A DNA stretch of 63,808 nt, counting the filler, from Nemertoderma westbladi (taxonomy: Eukaryota > Animalia > Xenacoelomorpha), in the NCBI GenBank assembly GCA_032718475.1. It is 4 parts of 4 records of this genome, joined end to end, with 100 filler letters (N's around TTAATTAATTAA, not from the genome) between each part and the next. Parts side by side here need not be neighbours in the genome. Positions count along the whole stretch, not along the records: positions 20,856 to 47,189 come from JAUCBJ010001258.1; 3 more parts are not named here. One strand, written 5' to 3'. The notes beneath the pieces were generated by a model. It was not told where the DNA came from. It made no database searches and saw only the letters and a program-made list of their open reading frames with translations. Shown here one piece after another: positions 25,301 to 38,100 of this stretch. Position numbers and translations under genes: made by a program. The stretch's first letter is position 1; each line of letters begins with the position of its first letter.

Positions 25301-25589
25301 TAAGCACCAAGTAGGATCCCTCATGTACGATGTAAACGCTAACTTATTTAAACCTGATTCTACTCTAGGCTCATTATTCACCAAAATTTCCTCTGTACAC
25401 AGATATCCAACTCGCCTTGCTACTACGGATGGTTTCTCTATTCCGAAGGTCCGCCTAACTTCCTCCAAAGCTTCCATGAATTATCAAGGCCCTTCAATTT
25501 GGAACGCACTACCATCTCAATTAAAACACTCAAAATCAAAAAAAGCATTTTCGTCAGCGTATAAATACCACCTGTTAATGTCCCTGTAG
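22302..25589 (+). CDS. LINE ORF2p: N-terminal PHD-like finger, AP endonuclease and reverse transcriptase
   Basis: CALC..CNIC..HAQC..CIFC; HLNARSL, SET, GDININ, IDHI, SDH; NYRPIS, QFGFR, DLKKAFD, GVPQG, FADD, FLG. Confidence 0.95.
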   Translation: MHEPSTPSCALCFSQFISSDYYFKCNICGHSYHAQCGSYQSSSEIEATPMSYVYCIFCNFDIFPFSVVDNNDSDIFHYFSPEINDDTDSNIINQTFSQLDPENNTVSLNININNGYFTEDTFNNDFKNLDNTGLKIFHLNARSLPKNKSDIETFLLTLTTKFDVITFSETFLDSNSNLNEITFPGFHTPYLDIRKTGDKLNRGGTAIYVKESLDVSPRPDLKMNGLENSWVQIKRPQNAKPLILGTIYRRHSVLPTDFLELLDLALTELTKNNYDVIITGDININLLKSTTTSKSYTDLINSYGFIQLINQPTRVFHNELPDQTIHSETLIDHILTNITNYTTTAGTFNSQIGTSDHYATFVILQKYSCYFHPAAPHTIFDYSRFNKDQFLRDVASSKSWSYLTPTIADKDKLDSFYSDFNSICDKHLPKKSIPPRKKLSKPWMTDNLIKSSINKNKLYRIYIRNPTPANTLAYKTYRNKLTSTLRAAEKAYYSSGFETNSGNIRKTWIIINSALNKTKHLNTPKKLTIRTDNSAKTITDPKQIAEAFNLHFTTIGPKLANDIPKSNRSPLRFINHTRSNSFSLVETSPVEVEYLILQLDPKSASHDCFPIKLLQLSAKLLSIHLSHLINLSITQGFFPKALKSAKVIPVFKSADPSDTNNYRPISLLPVISKLYESIINNQLLSYLKKYSILSNSQFGFRPKSTTSHALLSVVENIHKYLDQKLFTSAIYIDLKKAFDTIDHSILTSKLNSYGIRGIPQQLLSSFLDSRTQFVSIGNHHSSSLPITCGVPQGATISPILFLLYINDLPNATSLISTLFADDTTLRITKPNLDSLISITNSELSKIADWLSDNRLSLNLSKTEYAIYSNYPNTHSDPILINHSPITRKPHSKFLGVLVDDNLNWKSHIKHITSKISRTSGIFYKLRHIFPLRILRQLYFSLVHPYLLYGILLWGKTHSYTLQPLRIKINKLLRCITFSHYRASSKPIYKSLGILPIDLLYKHQVGSLMYDVNANLFKPDSTLGSLFTKISSVHRYPTRLATTDGFSIPKVRLTSSKASMNYQGPSIWNALPSQLKHSKSKKAFSSAYKYHLLMSL

Positions 25590-26124
25590 TTAGGCCCATG
25601 CCCACTTTTTATATCTCACCACGTATCTTTTATTATAGTCGCTGCCATTTATTGCCTCTCAAAGTCTTCTATCCCAGAATGCTACTGCTACACTATTCGG
25701 CTGACCATCAATTATATCTTATACAATAAAGCTCAAAAACCAGACAAATTCTAGAGGAGCAGACACGCCCACCCACCCCCCCCCCCCCCACCCCACCTCC
25801 AACCCATCAATTTCCAGTCGGAGTAGCAGGCTATACTAGCTTCGCTATTGTCTGCTACTTCGTCATCACCATCACCTTCATCCAATGTTTGTATTGATTG
25901 TACTGAAATAGGAAATTGTTGAAAGGAAAAATAAATTGAAATTGAAATTGAAATTGATTCCCTCGCCAACTCGGGGGACCCGTCGCAAGATATATAAATC
26001 GTATTAGCAATACTTAATTAAGAAGCAATTAATAGTCAATCAAATAATATAGATTATTTGTTGGAATTTGTAAAATATCACATTTTGTTAATTTACCACT
26101 CACCGAAAATAGGAAGTCCCACAC

Positions 26125-27570
26125 CCGTGTTCTGAGTTTGGTCGGTTCACATATCGTGGATTCGAGTTTGTTTGGTTCACATATCGTGGTTCAGAGTTTG
26201 GTTGGTTCACATATCGTGGGTCAGAGTTTGGTTGGTTCACATATCGTGGTTCAGAGTTTGGTTGGTTCACATATCGTGGGTCAGAGTTTGGTTGGTTCTC
26301 ATATCGTGGGTCAGAGTTTGGTTGTTTCTCATATCGTGGATTCGAGTTTGGTTGGTTCACATATCGTGGTTCAGAGTTTGGTTGGCTCACATATCGTGGG
26401 TCAGAGTTTGGTTGGTTCTCATATCGTGGGTCAGAGTTTGGTTGTTTCTCATATCGTGGATTCGAGTTTGGTTGGTTCACATATCGTGGATCAAAGTTTG
26501 GTTGGTTCACATATCGTGGGTCAGAGTTTGGTTGGTTCACATATCGTGGTTCAGAGTTTGGTTGGTTCTCATATCGTGGTTCAGAGTTTGGTTGGTTCAC
26601 ATATCGTGGTTCAGAGTTTGGTTGTTTCTCATATCGTGGATTCGAGTTTGGTTGGTTCACATATCGTGGATCAGAGTTGGTTGGTTCACATATCGTGGTT
26701 CAGAGTTTGGTTGGTTCACATATCGTGGATCAAAGTTTGGTTGGTTCACATATCGTGGTTCAGAGTTTGGTTGGTTCACATATCGTGGATTCGAGTTTGG
26801 TTGGTTCACATATCGTGGTTCAGAGTTTGGTTGGTTCACATATCGTGGTTCAGAGTTTGGTTGGTTCACATATCGTGGGTCTGAGTTTGGTTGGTTCACA
26901 TATCGTGGATCAGAGTTTGGTTGGTTCACATATCGTGGGTCAGAGTTTGGTTGGTTCACATATAGTGGTTCAGAGTTTGGTTGGTTCACATATCGTGGTT
27001 CAGAGTTTGGTTGGTTCACATATCGTGGTTCAGAGTTTGGTTGTTTCTCATATCGTGGTTCCGAGTTTGGTTGGTTCACATATCGTGGGTCAGAGTTTGG
27101 TTGTTTCTCATATCGTGGTTCAGAGTTTGGTTGGTTCTCATATTGTGGTTCAGAGTTTGGTTGGTTCTCATATCGTGGATCAGAGTTTGGTTGGTTCACA
27201 TATCGTGGTTCAGAGTTTGGTTGGTTCACATATCGTGGTTCAGAGTTTGGTTGGTTCACATATCGTGGTTCAGAGTTTGGTTGGTTCACATATCGTGGAT
27301 CAGAGTTTGGTTGGTTCACATATCGTGGTTCAGAGTTTGGTTGGTTCACATATCGTGGTTCAGAGTTTGGTTGGTTCACATATCGTGGTTCAGAGTTTGG
27401 TTGGTTCACATATCGTGGTTCAGAGTTTGGTTGGTTCACATATCGTGGTTCAGAGTTTGGTTGGTTCACATATCGTGGTTCAGAGTTTGGTTGGTTCACA
27501 TATTGTGGTTTAGAGTTTGGTTGGTTCACATATAGTGGTTCAGAGTTTGGCTGATTCCCATATCGTTCAC
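26125..27570. repeat. 30-bp tandem satellite (TCAGAGTTTGGTTGGTTCACATATCGTGGT), about 48 copies
   Basis: Tandem array; source of the repetitive ORFs on both strands. Confidence 0.95.
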
Positions 27571-27860
27571 ATATCCTATATAATTATCAGCTTATGAGGT
27601 TTTGCTGGAATATATTCGACTATATTTAGTATATTTCGGTAGTTGAATTCGGAAATGATTCACGGTGTTATACCTATTAGACCAATAATTTAATAATTTT
27701 AATTTAAAAATAAAGTTACAATAAAGCTTGTACAAAATAAAATAAAGTTACAATGACAATGATGATGAGATGGACTGATCTGATTAGAAAATAATTTGTA
27801 ATATAAAATCAATTTAATAACCTTATAATATATTATATTTACAGTCCACTATACTATTTC

Positions 27861-30800
27861 CTAACTGTCTTTATGTTTTTTTCTAGTTGTTAGTAATTTA
27901 ACTAAGTGGCTCTGGTTAGTTTTATTCAATAATTCACAGAATACAATAAAGTCATCATAAGGTCTCCTTTTAATGGCTTCTATTAGTTCGCTGTTTTTTT
28001 GTAAACCAGTCGGCTGATATTTGATCTGCTCAATAAGATTTTCAGTAAGAATATTTCTACTTCTCAATAGCGGTAACAATTCACTCAGCTCCATGTTATA
28101 AACCAGTTCAACTTTATTCCTCATAAGAATATTTTCAAATTCTACATCAACATTTCCTTTTATCATATCTACTAAATGTTGTTGGTTTGTTTGTGTTAAA
28201 CTATCCATAAATACTTTCATAATGAACTCTGATTTCCCTTTTAGAGATTCTATAATGGCTCGGCTCTTTAGTATTTTAGTTTCTCTTGTTTCTATAAACT
28301 GAATCTGATCATTGTTTAGTATAAAACTTTTTTCGATATATAGTAATAACTCAGTTGGTTCAAGTTTTTCTTCAATTTTTTTTGTTTCAACTTTTAAATA
28401 TTCCTGATCCTTTGATTTAACTAAAAACCAAGTTTTATATTCCTGAGTTTCTATACTTGCATTATTCTCACAGGTAATTATTGGTTTACTCAAACAATCT
28501 GATAGTAGAATAAAGTGGATACAGGATTCATTGTGGCATTTATATAGGCCATGCCTTTCACATTTATATGAACAAGGACATGTTACTTTCAATTGAAAAT
28601 CAACAATATTGTTCATTTTTCCAGCTGATATAAGTTCTCCCAAGCTGTCAACAATGTAATCTTTTACTCTGTTTGCAAAATCAGAATCTGGAGGACTTAT
28701 AAAATTTTCGTTGCTATCAATATTATCTTTAGGTTTCATAAGAACTTTTCTTACAATTTGAACTTTTATTCTAGAAAAATGCCTTGGAGACACATATAGA
28801 ATTATATCGTGATCAACATCACAGTATATAACTACAGACCGGTAGTAAAGAGTTGGTTCAGATTTAATATCTCCAATGAGATACGACCATTCTATAAGGC
28901 GTTTTACTAGTCGACAAAATAGACCCTCAGGTAAAAAACCATTAAATGCAATAAAAAATTCAATATCATTTGCTTTAATAGGGTAAATAGGCTGATTGGC
29001 ATTCTTAAGTCTACAAGGTACATAATATGATTTATTCATTTTTGACTTTTTTAACAATGTTTCTGATTCGTCTCCATTACCTGGCACAGTTTCTCCTATT
29101 CTTTCACATATTAAATCAAAACGCTCTAGGATTTTTAACATAAAATTTTTTTTGAGTCCCATATTACCCCAGATATCGTCCAGTAGATCCCAGTGCAATA
29201 TACCCTTGTCATCCAAATTCTCAAAATATTTCAAATTTTTCCAATTGATATGTTCTTTGACTGTAATAATACTGGCAAACATTGAACTTAACCACTCTGG
29301 TTTCAATATAATTGTATCACGCAACGATTCTTCATCAAAATAGATAATTCTACCTCTATCATGGTAAAATTCTAACATTGTCTTTAAACCGGGGTATTCA
29401 AATTCTACTTTTATTTCCTTTAACTTACATTCTAAATCTATAATATCAATATAAACGTCATCATTTTTAAGTAATTGAGTTACAAGTTTTTCAAATTTTA
29501 AATAATCCAAAGGAATTTCTTCCTTAAATTTGTCCATTTCTTTAACAATTTCTAGCTGTAAGTTTTGAAGTTCTTCATCTGAATCTGATCTTGCCTCTTT
29601 GCTATTTTCCACAGCAAATGCTTCTTTAACTAAAATATTGCAATGCAATGTGGACTTTAATAGTCGGAAAATTTCTTTAAACTTTTTACGAGCTAAAATG
29701 TTCTGAGTTTCTGGATCTTCATGCAAACTGGCTTTCTTTGTTCCAACTAAGAATACTGGAGGACCAGAAATGTTTGCGCCACTTTCTGAATTCTTTTTAC
29801 CAAATGTAAATATATTGCGCAACCAAAAATCAATAAATTCTATATTAGTCATCTCGCTATATATCTTATTTATATTCTCTTCATCGGCTCTGAATATAAT
29901 GTTGGCTGTTTTATCAGCATCTTGGGTAAGATCAAAAACAACTATATAAATAGCCCGTCTACTTAGAAACATCTGATGGGTGGTGTAATAAATACATTGG
30001 CCACCAAAATCGACTATCTGTAGAGAAAAGCGACTGTCTTCCTCATTAAATTTAGCCAGAATATCTTGAGGTTTACCAGATAACAATATATCCTCTATGC
30101 CTTTTGTGACTTCTGAAGGGATATCATATTTATTATCCTCAAATTTTGATTCATATGGTGTTACGACTTTTCCGCTATCAGATATATTTCCTCTTTCGCT
30201 ATCTACTGAAATATCTTCTCTAATTTCCTTGCTGCTTTTTATTTTAACAGGCTTATCATAAGAACTGGTTCTATTATTCATGTCTCTATCGCTATTTTCA
30301 CCAGATATTACAGATAAAGTTGACTGGATGCGATCAGTGTATATTTTTTCACTGTCCACATTAGATGCATCTTCTTGAACTTTGAATTCTAGAACACTTT
30401 TTGCAACTTTCTTTGCAACAGCATTGTCTGGATCAGCCTCTAAAATATCAACATTCTTTAAATTAGTCCAGTCTGTGTGTTTATCAGTATCTATAACACA
30501 ATTAGCCACTGAATCAATACCATCTGTTATTGGTTCATTTATATCAAACGGTTGACCAATAAGGGACTTCTTCAAACTTGTTTTACCAGCCCTCTCCTGT
30601 CCCACTAACATTAACCGGGTTTTCAATATCCATGTAGTCCCTTTAGAAAGAGCTGCTTTATAAGCAGCCAATGCTTCTGGCCCTCTCGCCAGTATCTCTA
30701 CTGGCAGTTTTTGTTCTTTTATATAATTAATTAAAAATTTTGGAAGTTTCATTCTATTTGATCCACTTATATTCATAATCATAAGTCCCATGTCTCTGAA

Positions 30801-31126
30801 TTTATTAACAATTTCTATTGTTGAAACTTCATTTAAACCCCAAATACTAACCAGATTCTGGGTTGTTAACTCAGAAATATCTGCATCCAGTTTAAAGTAA
30901 AGTTCTTTCTCTTTATCTGAAAGAACATCAACAGTAGATATAATTATATCAGTTATCTTACCCTGGAGTGGTTTATTTATGGGACCAACCCATCCGATAT
31001 ACTCAACAATTTCCTTTAATTCTTCAGATTCCGCCAATATACTTTCCACCTGTTCGATACTTTTCCTTTTTTCAGTTTGATCTTTACTGATCGTATCAAT
31101 TACTGTAATTGTGCCGTAAACATCTC
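27861..31126 (-). CDS. Roc GTPase, COR and tandem CARD exon (ORF 27861..31175 trimmed to the splice acceptor)
   Basis: P-loop GQERAGKTS, switch I TDG, DFGGQ, VGTK; COR motifs LEFYHDRGRIIYF, IILKPEWL, YYVPC, PEGLFCRL; two C-terminal CARD-like units ending TNQQHLVDMI and TNQSHLVKLL. Confidence 0.9.
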
Positions 31127-32131
31127 CTATATAAAGTATAATTATTGTTAAGCTGTCTTTCCACTGAGTTGACATCCAATATTACGATGAAAAATTCTGG
31201 GTTGGAGCAAATTAAATTTTATTAATCAAGTTACAAATATAATTATAAATATATTTCGTTAGGCTCTCCAGTATGCACCTACGGTCCCTATACGTTTCCC
31301 TGCCTATGTCTTCTGTTTTTTGGTTACAACATTTATTCTGTTTTTAGCGAAATTTTCAACAGATAACAAGTCGTACGTTACGTTAGTCAATTCTGCAATT
31401 TATATTAGTTTTGTACTTTATTGATAATGATAGCGCTGAGCTACAGAAATATATTTGTAATTATATTTGAAATTTGATTAATAATATTTAACTTGCGCCA
31501 ACCCTGAATTTTTCATCGAATATAACTGACATCTAAAACTTTCTTATAGTTAATTATTATTGCAAAAAAAAGGTATATAAAAGGTAAAAAAAAGGATTAT
31601 TGCAATGATAAATGGGACAATAGGCGAGACAATAGGCGGGACAATAGGCGGGAAAATAGGCGGGATAATAGGCGGGACAATATGCAGGACAATAGGGGGA
31701 CAATAGGCAGGACAAAACTACTACTACTACTAGGATCGGTATCAGTGGGGACTTCGCGCAGCACGAAGTTGGCAGAGCCTTAGCGAATTGACACTGTTAG
31801 GGGGTGGGTTAATTTATGCAAATAGTTGTCGTTGTCACGTTGGCCCTCTAGCGGCAGACTGGAGAACTGCAGATGGATTCGCCTCCTTTGAAAGTCACAG
31901 CTAATGGTCTAATACATATCTGCCAAGTTTCAGCTTAAACGGATTAAAAGCAAAGAAATGGGAGGGCATTTAATGTTTAGACATGTGGCCCTCTAGCGGG
32001 AGACCATTGCACTGATGGTGTTCTGAAAGTCTCTCAAAAATCTCAGCTTTTGCTCATATTGATACCTACAAATTTTCAACTTGGCAGCTTTAAATCCGAC
32101 AAAGTTATTAGCATGTCAAAATCGTAACGAC

Positions 32132-32163
<32 letters not shown>

Positions 32164-35100
32164 CGACAACGACGACGATGACGACGACAACTATTTGCAT
32201 AAATTGACCCACCCCCTAACAGTGTCAATTCGCTAAGGCTCCGCCAACTTCGTGGCTCACGTCCAGTGTCCTTTAAGATGCGTCTCAAGAAAGTCATGGG
32301 CTGTCCACCATGCTTATTCACTCCATGAGGCTGCCAAAGTACAAGATTATGCACTGGCTGGTCCTCACGGCGAAAGCAATGTCCTAAAAAGCGGAGGCGA
32401 TTTTGTTCTAGTGTCAAGCTTGAGGGAACCAATGAGACACCTCCAATGTTATACAGGCAGGACAATAGGCGGGACAATAGGCGGGATAATAGGCGGGACA
32501 GTAGGCAGGACAATTGGATGGTTAAAATTACATGGTTAATATAAACAACTACCCGCGATACTGTATACTGTTAATATAAACAACTACCCGCAATACTGTA
32601 TACTGTTAATATAAACAACTACCCGCGATACTGTATACTGTTAATATAAACAACTACCAGCGATACTGTATACTGTTAATATAAACAACTACCCGCGATA
32701 CTGTATACTGTTAATATAAACAACTACCCGCGATACTGTATACTGTTAATATAAACAACTACCCGCGATACTGTATACTGTTAATATAAACAACTACCCG
32801 CGATACTGTATACTGTTAATATAAACAACTACCCACGATACTGTATACTGTTAATATAAACAACTACCCGCGATACTGTATACTGTTAATATAAACAACT
32901 ACCCGCAATACTGTATACTGTTAATATAAACAACTACCCGCGATACTGTATACTGTTAATATAAACAACTACCCATGATACTGTATACTGTTAATATAAA
33001 CAACTACCCGCGATACTGTATACTGTTAATATAAACAACTACCCGCGATACTGTATACTATTAATATAAACAACTACCCGCGATACTGTATACTGTTAAT
33101 ATAAACAACTACCCGCGATACTGTATACTGTTAATATAAACAACTACCCGCGATACTGTATACTGTTAATATAAACAACTGCCCGCGATACTGTATACTG
33201 TTAATATAAACAACTACCCGCGATACTGTATACTGTTAATATAAACAACTACCCGCGATACTGTATACTGTTAAAATAAACAACTACCCGTGATACTGTA
33301 TACTGTTAATATAAACAACTACCCGCGATACTGTATACTGTTAATATAAACAACTACCCGCGATACTGTATACTGTTAATATAAACAACTACCCGCGATA
33401 CTGTATACTGTTAATATAAACAACTACCCGCGATACTGTATACTGTTAATATAAACAACTACCCGCGATACTGTATACTGTTAATATAAACAACTACCCG
33501 CGAGATGTGGTCGAGAATAGTCTCCAACACTCCGCTAGCTCCAACAGTAGCGCCCAAACCTACTGACGATACTGACTGTTTTATACGATTTGTACCAACA
33601 GTCTCCAAAGCTATAAAAACAATCCTTGATCAAATTGGATTGCACACATTTAATTTCGAACGTAGGACTCGGTCAAATATATTGGACCAGACGAACTACC
33701 AATTTAATCTTCGGTCTAACAGCAGTCAATAGTGCTGGTTTACAAGGCTGAGATACTGTAACTCCCTCTTGAAATGACTCCCCAATCGTCTCAGCCTAGG
33801 CTGAGAACACTCCCCACCCCCAGTTATGACTCCCCTTAGGCTGAGATGACTCCCCTAATTGAGTTATAATTCATATCCGTACAACTCTTCGATTTATCTC
33901 TTACTCTTTTACTTACTTACTATTTCTTACTCTTACTTTTACTCTTCTGTTACCCTGTTACCCTCGTTTCGCTGCCATTTTTCTCATCAATAGTGATTTA
34001 TTTTTTATATATTTTTGAAAGCTTGCATTGTGAGGATTCCAAATATGTATCAATGTCTAAATTTTGTTGAGAAACAAATGAGATATGGGCGTTCTAAGAT
34101 TGCAAGAAGTATCTTTCATTATAATATACCAGTTATTTATGTATATGTGTAGCTATGCATACATAAATATTTTGCCTATAAAACGATATTTCATAGGCAT
34201 GATACAAATAATAACACGTTCTAGAATGTTGTGTTTATATTAATTATAATAAATGACTTCCAGCGAATGATAATTTATCACAATCTTTGAACGCCAGTAC
34301 TATATCTCAGCTGTTTCTCAACGAAACTCAAAATATATTTATATTTGGAATCCTTACAACTCAAGCTTTCTAATAATATGTCGTTGTGGCTAATATGAGG
34401 AATGGTCGTATTGCAATGAGGGCGATATCGCAAACTTCAAACGTATATAAATTCAAAAAAGAAAATTCTACGTAGCTTCATGTTAAATAAAGTATGATAA
34501 AGACTGTATAAAAATAAGGTGGGGTGTGGGTTAGGGATGTCCCTTCTTATCTAAAATGACACTTTATTACGGGCAAGGTGTAATAATATATTATATTATA
34601 ATAAGCCTTTGTTGTATGCCTAAGTAATGGGACTGTGTGGCAGACTTGAAAATGAAAAATGAAAGTTTTTATTATACATTACCGGTTGTATTCTCTGTAC
34701 AGTTACTTTACTGTATTGCAGTACCGGTACGCCTATTGGCACCATTATAGTTTGGTTATTTAAGTAGAACTACCAGTTGGTTAAAACGCCATTGATACAA
34801 ACCAATCACAAACAACCTAACAGATAACTGAATACTACGGTGGTGAGTTGCGGCCAATTATTGCATTTTTTTTTTAAACGTTTAAAAAAAGTTATTTAAG
34901 TTTGTAAAAAAAAAATAATGTTTAAATTAATGTTTTGCTAAAAAAAATTAATGTTTTGCTAAAAAAAAGTTAATGTTTTGTTAAAAAAAATTAATGTTTT
35001 GCTAAAAAAAATTAATGTTTTGCTAAAAAAAATTAATGTTTTGCTAAAAAAAAATTAATGTTTTGCTAAAAAATATTAATGTTTTGCTAAAAAAAAATTA

Positions 35101-38100
35101 ATGTTTTGCTAAAAAAAATTAATGTTTTATAAAGTATAATTTGAATTTCCCGCTTTCTTCTGGCTTGTTGAAGTGAAGACAGAAGGCCTATCGAAAGATT
35201 TTCACTTTCAGTCTCCCCTTCAGTTGTTGTATTATAATATTAGCTGTAGGTAGATACCGGTACGGTTGGTATGTGTAGGGAAGGGAAGAAAGGCCTATTA
35301 TCATATAAAACACTGTAGATTCGAATTTTATGAGTTGTGACGAGTCTGTCTCTAGGCCTATGTATTCATCTAAAGCAAAAGGTACAGGAAGTTCAAGGTT
35401 GCGTTCCTTACAGCGGGGGCGCCCAAAGTTAAAAGATAAAGCCATTCTGTTCAAATGTTTAGTCGACACAGGTAGGGGAGGGGCACTGCGGTAATTAAAA
35501 AACTTCTTGGTGCCTCAACTACACTTAGGATTATGGTACCACTGCGACAACCCATTATAAGTGTAAAAAATCTTATCATTGATAAACTCTTTCCTAATGG
35601 GAAAAATAGGACATTGTTAGCGAAGAAATTACCTTCAGCTCCAAGTGAATACGATTTCACTTTAGTCGATGCGAATAACGATTCCATTGAGAGCTACAAA
35701 TGTTTAGATGAATATTGTGTTGCAAATTGTGTTGTTGGAGTACCACGTATTGACATTTTATGTTGTAAGCTATCGGTAGTTGAAGACTCAACTATAGATC
35801 AAAATGTTATTGACTCAACTATAAATCAAGATGTTATTGAGGTCGCCGTAGCTACATGTATAGATAAGATTCCCACTGAAACATCATCTAATGATAACAC
35901 AGAATGTGGAAGAAGGTTAATTTGTCCAGTGTGCAGTACCTCCAGGCCGAGAAATGAACCATTTTGTGATAATTGTCGGATATTATCAGATTATGAAAAC
36001 TCTGTCTTATTTGATTCATTCGCTATGACAGAAGACTATTTAGAGAACGAGATAATGACTAGTGAAATTTCACACGGTGGACTGCGTGAAGAAGTGGCAG
36101 GTCTCCGGGTTGCCTACTTTCAAAATCGCCCAGAACCATTGAATATCGATATGGATATCGAAGAATCAAATACACCTGATGAATTACCAACAAGACCACC
36201 CGTTGCCTGCGAAATTGAAAGTAATTCTACCCACTTAGTCGAGGCCGCAACTACTAGGCCACAAAATGTGAGTTTAGCTGATGCCTTATTGGCAGCACGA
36301 TATACTTTGGGAGAGAAGGCGGGTCTCTCTTATACATTGTTTGAGTTACCACGAAGTAGACTAACCGATAGTTTATATGAAATACTAGAGTTGGAAGATA
36401 TTAAATCTCCTTCTGTTACTGTTAAGTTTATGGGTGAAGATGCCGTAGACACAGGGGGGCCATTTCGAGAACTCTTATCGATATTTTTTTTGCATCAACC
36501 GCCATCCCTTTTCAGAGGACAGTATCCACATTTTACCTTCCGTCACAATTTGGAATTATTAACCAATTTCAAAAACTTAGGTAAAATTGTAGCATTGGGT
36601 CTTATTAACGGCGCCGCAGGTCCACATTTCCTCACCCATTCTCTGGCATGTGCAGTATTAGATATTCCATTTAAAACCGCTCTGGAAGAAGTCCCCCTTG
36701 ACGAAGAATATCGCGAGAAACTAATTTCAATTAAACAATCAATCGATGAGACTACATTTCAGGAATGCATGGGGTCATTCACAGAGCGTTTTGATATGGG
36801 GGTGGTAAAGGGTTCCCTAAGCATAGACGAAAAGGATAGTTTATTGAGTTTATTGTGTCGCCATATTGTTGTTAGCTCAGTTGGGGAAGAGATATATAAT
36901 TTTAAAGAAGGCCTTAACATCTTTGGTGCTTATGATATTATGAGAGAGTATCCTGAGGAGAGTTACAAAGCGTTGACTTTTGTAGAAGTTACTTACGAAG
37001 AGGCCAAAATGTGTTTTAATCCCATATATGAATCTGGAGAAAAGACAAGACAGCGTGAAAAGGAAATAGAAATAACTTTCAAATTTCATAATTTCATGAA
37101 GAAAGCTAGCAAAGGATTACTATCAATGGAGATCATTACTAATGATGATACAGTTAGAAAGTTATTATCACTTGGTGACATTATTCAGTTTGGAAGTGGC
37201 TCCCGCTATCCAAACTTTGAAGGAGAACTTAGATTTTTCCAAACTGAGTACAAGCAAAGACGACTTGTTGGAGATACTTGCGGAAAAGTATTACGATTTC
37301 CTATAAATGATCGTTACTTGTTGGGTTCAAGCGATCAATTTTCGAGGCGTCTGCTGACTGATATGTTTGATGATCTGGGTTTTGGACTTCAGTAGATTTT
37401 TGAGACGGGTTACGGGACTTCTGCGGGTTTCCCGTCGATTATTGAGACGGGTTATGGGACTTCTGCGGGTTTCCCGTCGATTATTGAGACGGGTTACGGG
37501 ACTTCTGCGGGTTTCCCGTCGATTATTGAGACGGGTTATGGGACTTCTGCGGGTTTCCCGTCGATTATTGAGACGGGTTATGGGACTTCTGCGGGTTTCC
37601 CGTCGATTATTGAGACGGGTTACGGGACTTCTGCGGGTTTCCCGTCGATTATGGAGACGGGTTATGGGACTTCTGCGGGTTTCCCGTCGATTATTGAGAC
37701 GGGTTATGGGACTTCTGCGGGTTTCCCGTCGATTATTGAGACGGGTTATGGGACTTCTGCGGGTTTACTGTCTGTGTGTCTATTATTAATAATTGGTTTA
37801 ATCAATCATTTAAAATGTTTTTAATAATTATAAATCATATGTTCAGTAATTGTTACCTATACTTATTTATTGACAACTATATACACGTTCGTGGGGACTT
37901 CGCGCAGCACGTAGTCGGCAAGCCTTGGCATACGGTTCATATAGAGCAAATGGGGCATGTCTAGTTTGGACCCAATATCCCATGCTATAAATGTATTCAT
38001 TCGATATACAATCATATGTTAATCCGCTAGGTGGTGTCAAATTGTTATTCTGCAATTTCGTACTTACCAGTGCAGCACTGTACAGCAGTAACGTACCGGT

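Larger units (their letters stand above)
20860..25957 (+). mobile_element. Apparently intact CR1/L2-group (Crack/Daphne-like) LINE with ORF1, ORF2 and (AATTGA)n tail
   Basis: Two open ORFs in tandem, a 3' UTR, and the tail AAATAAATTGAAATTGAAATTGAAATTGA at about 25929-25957; the 5' end abuts a gap. Confidence 0.88.
31612..32515. repeat. 13-bp minisatellite (GGGACAATAGGCG) interrupted by RTE and HINE-like insertions
   Basis: Units at 31612-31715 and 32455-32515. Confidence 0.75.

Noticed and set aside
26100-27554. Repetitive ORFs (YVNQPNSEPR, GSEFGWFTYR and others)
   Set aside because: A stop-free 30-bp satellite; open frames on both strands and a mid-array 1-nt indel argue against coding.
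31127-31175. ATG 31175 as the ROCO start codon
   Set aside because: These 16 codons look like intron end sequence (AT-rich, ending tatatag) beside a MITE, and splicing at 31126 completes a WD40 repeat.
32535-33502. CRISPR-like arrays (35-bp, 22-bp, 30-bp and 42-bp repeats)
   Set aside because: Units are directly tandem with no unique spacers, there are no cas genes, and the context is eukaryotic.
37367-37789. Arg/Leu-rich 140-aa ORF
   Set aside because: Translation of the 42-bp tandem repeat.
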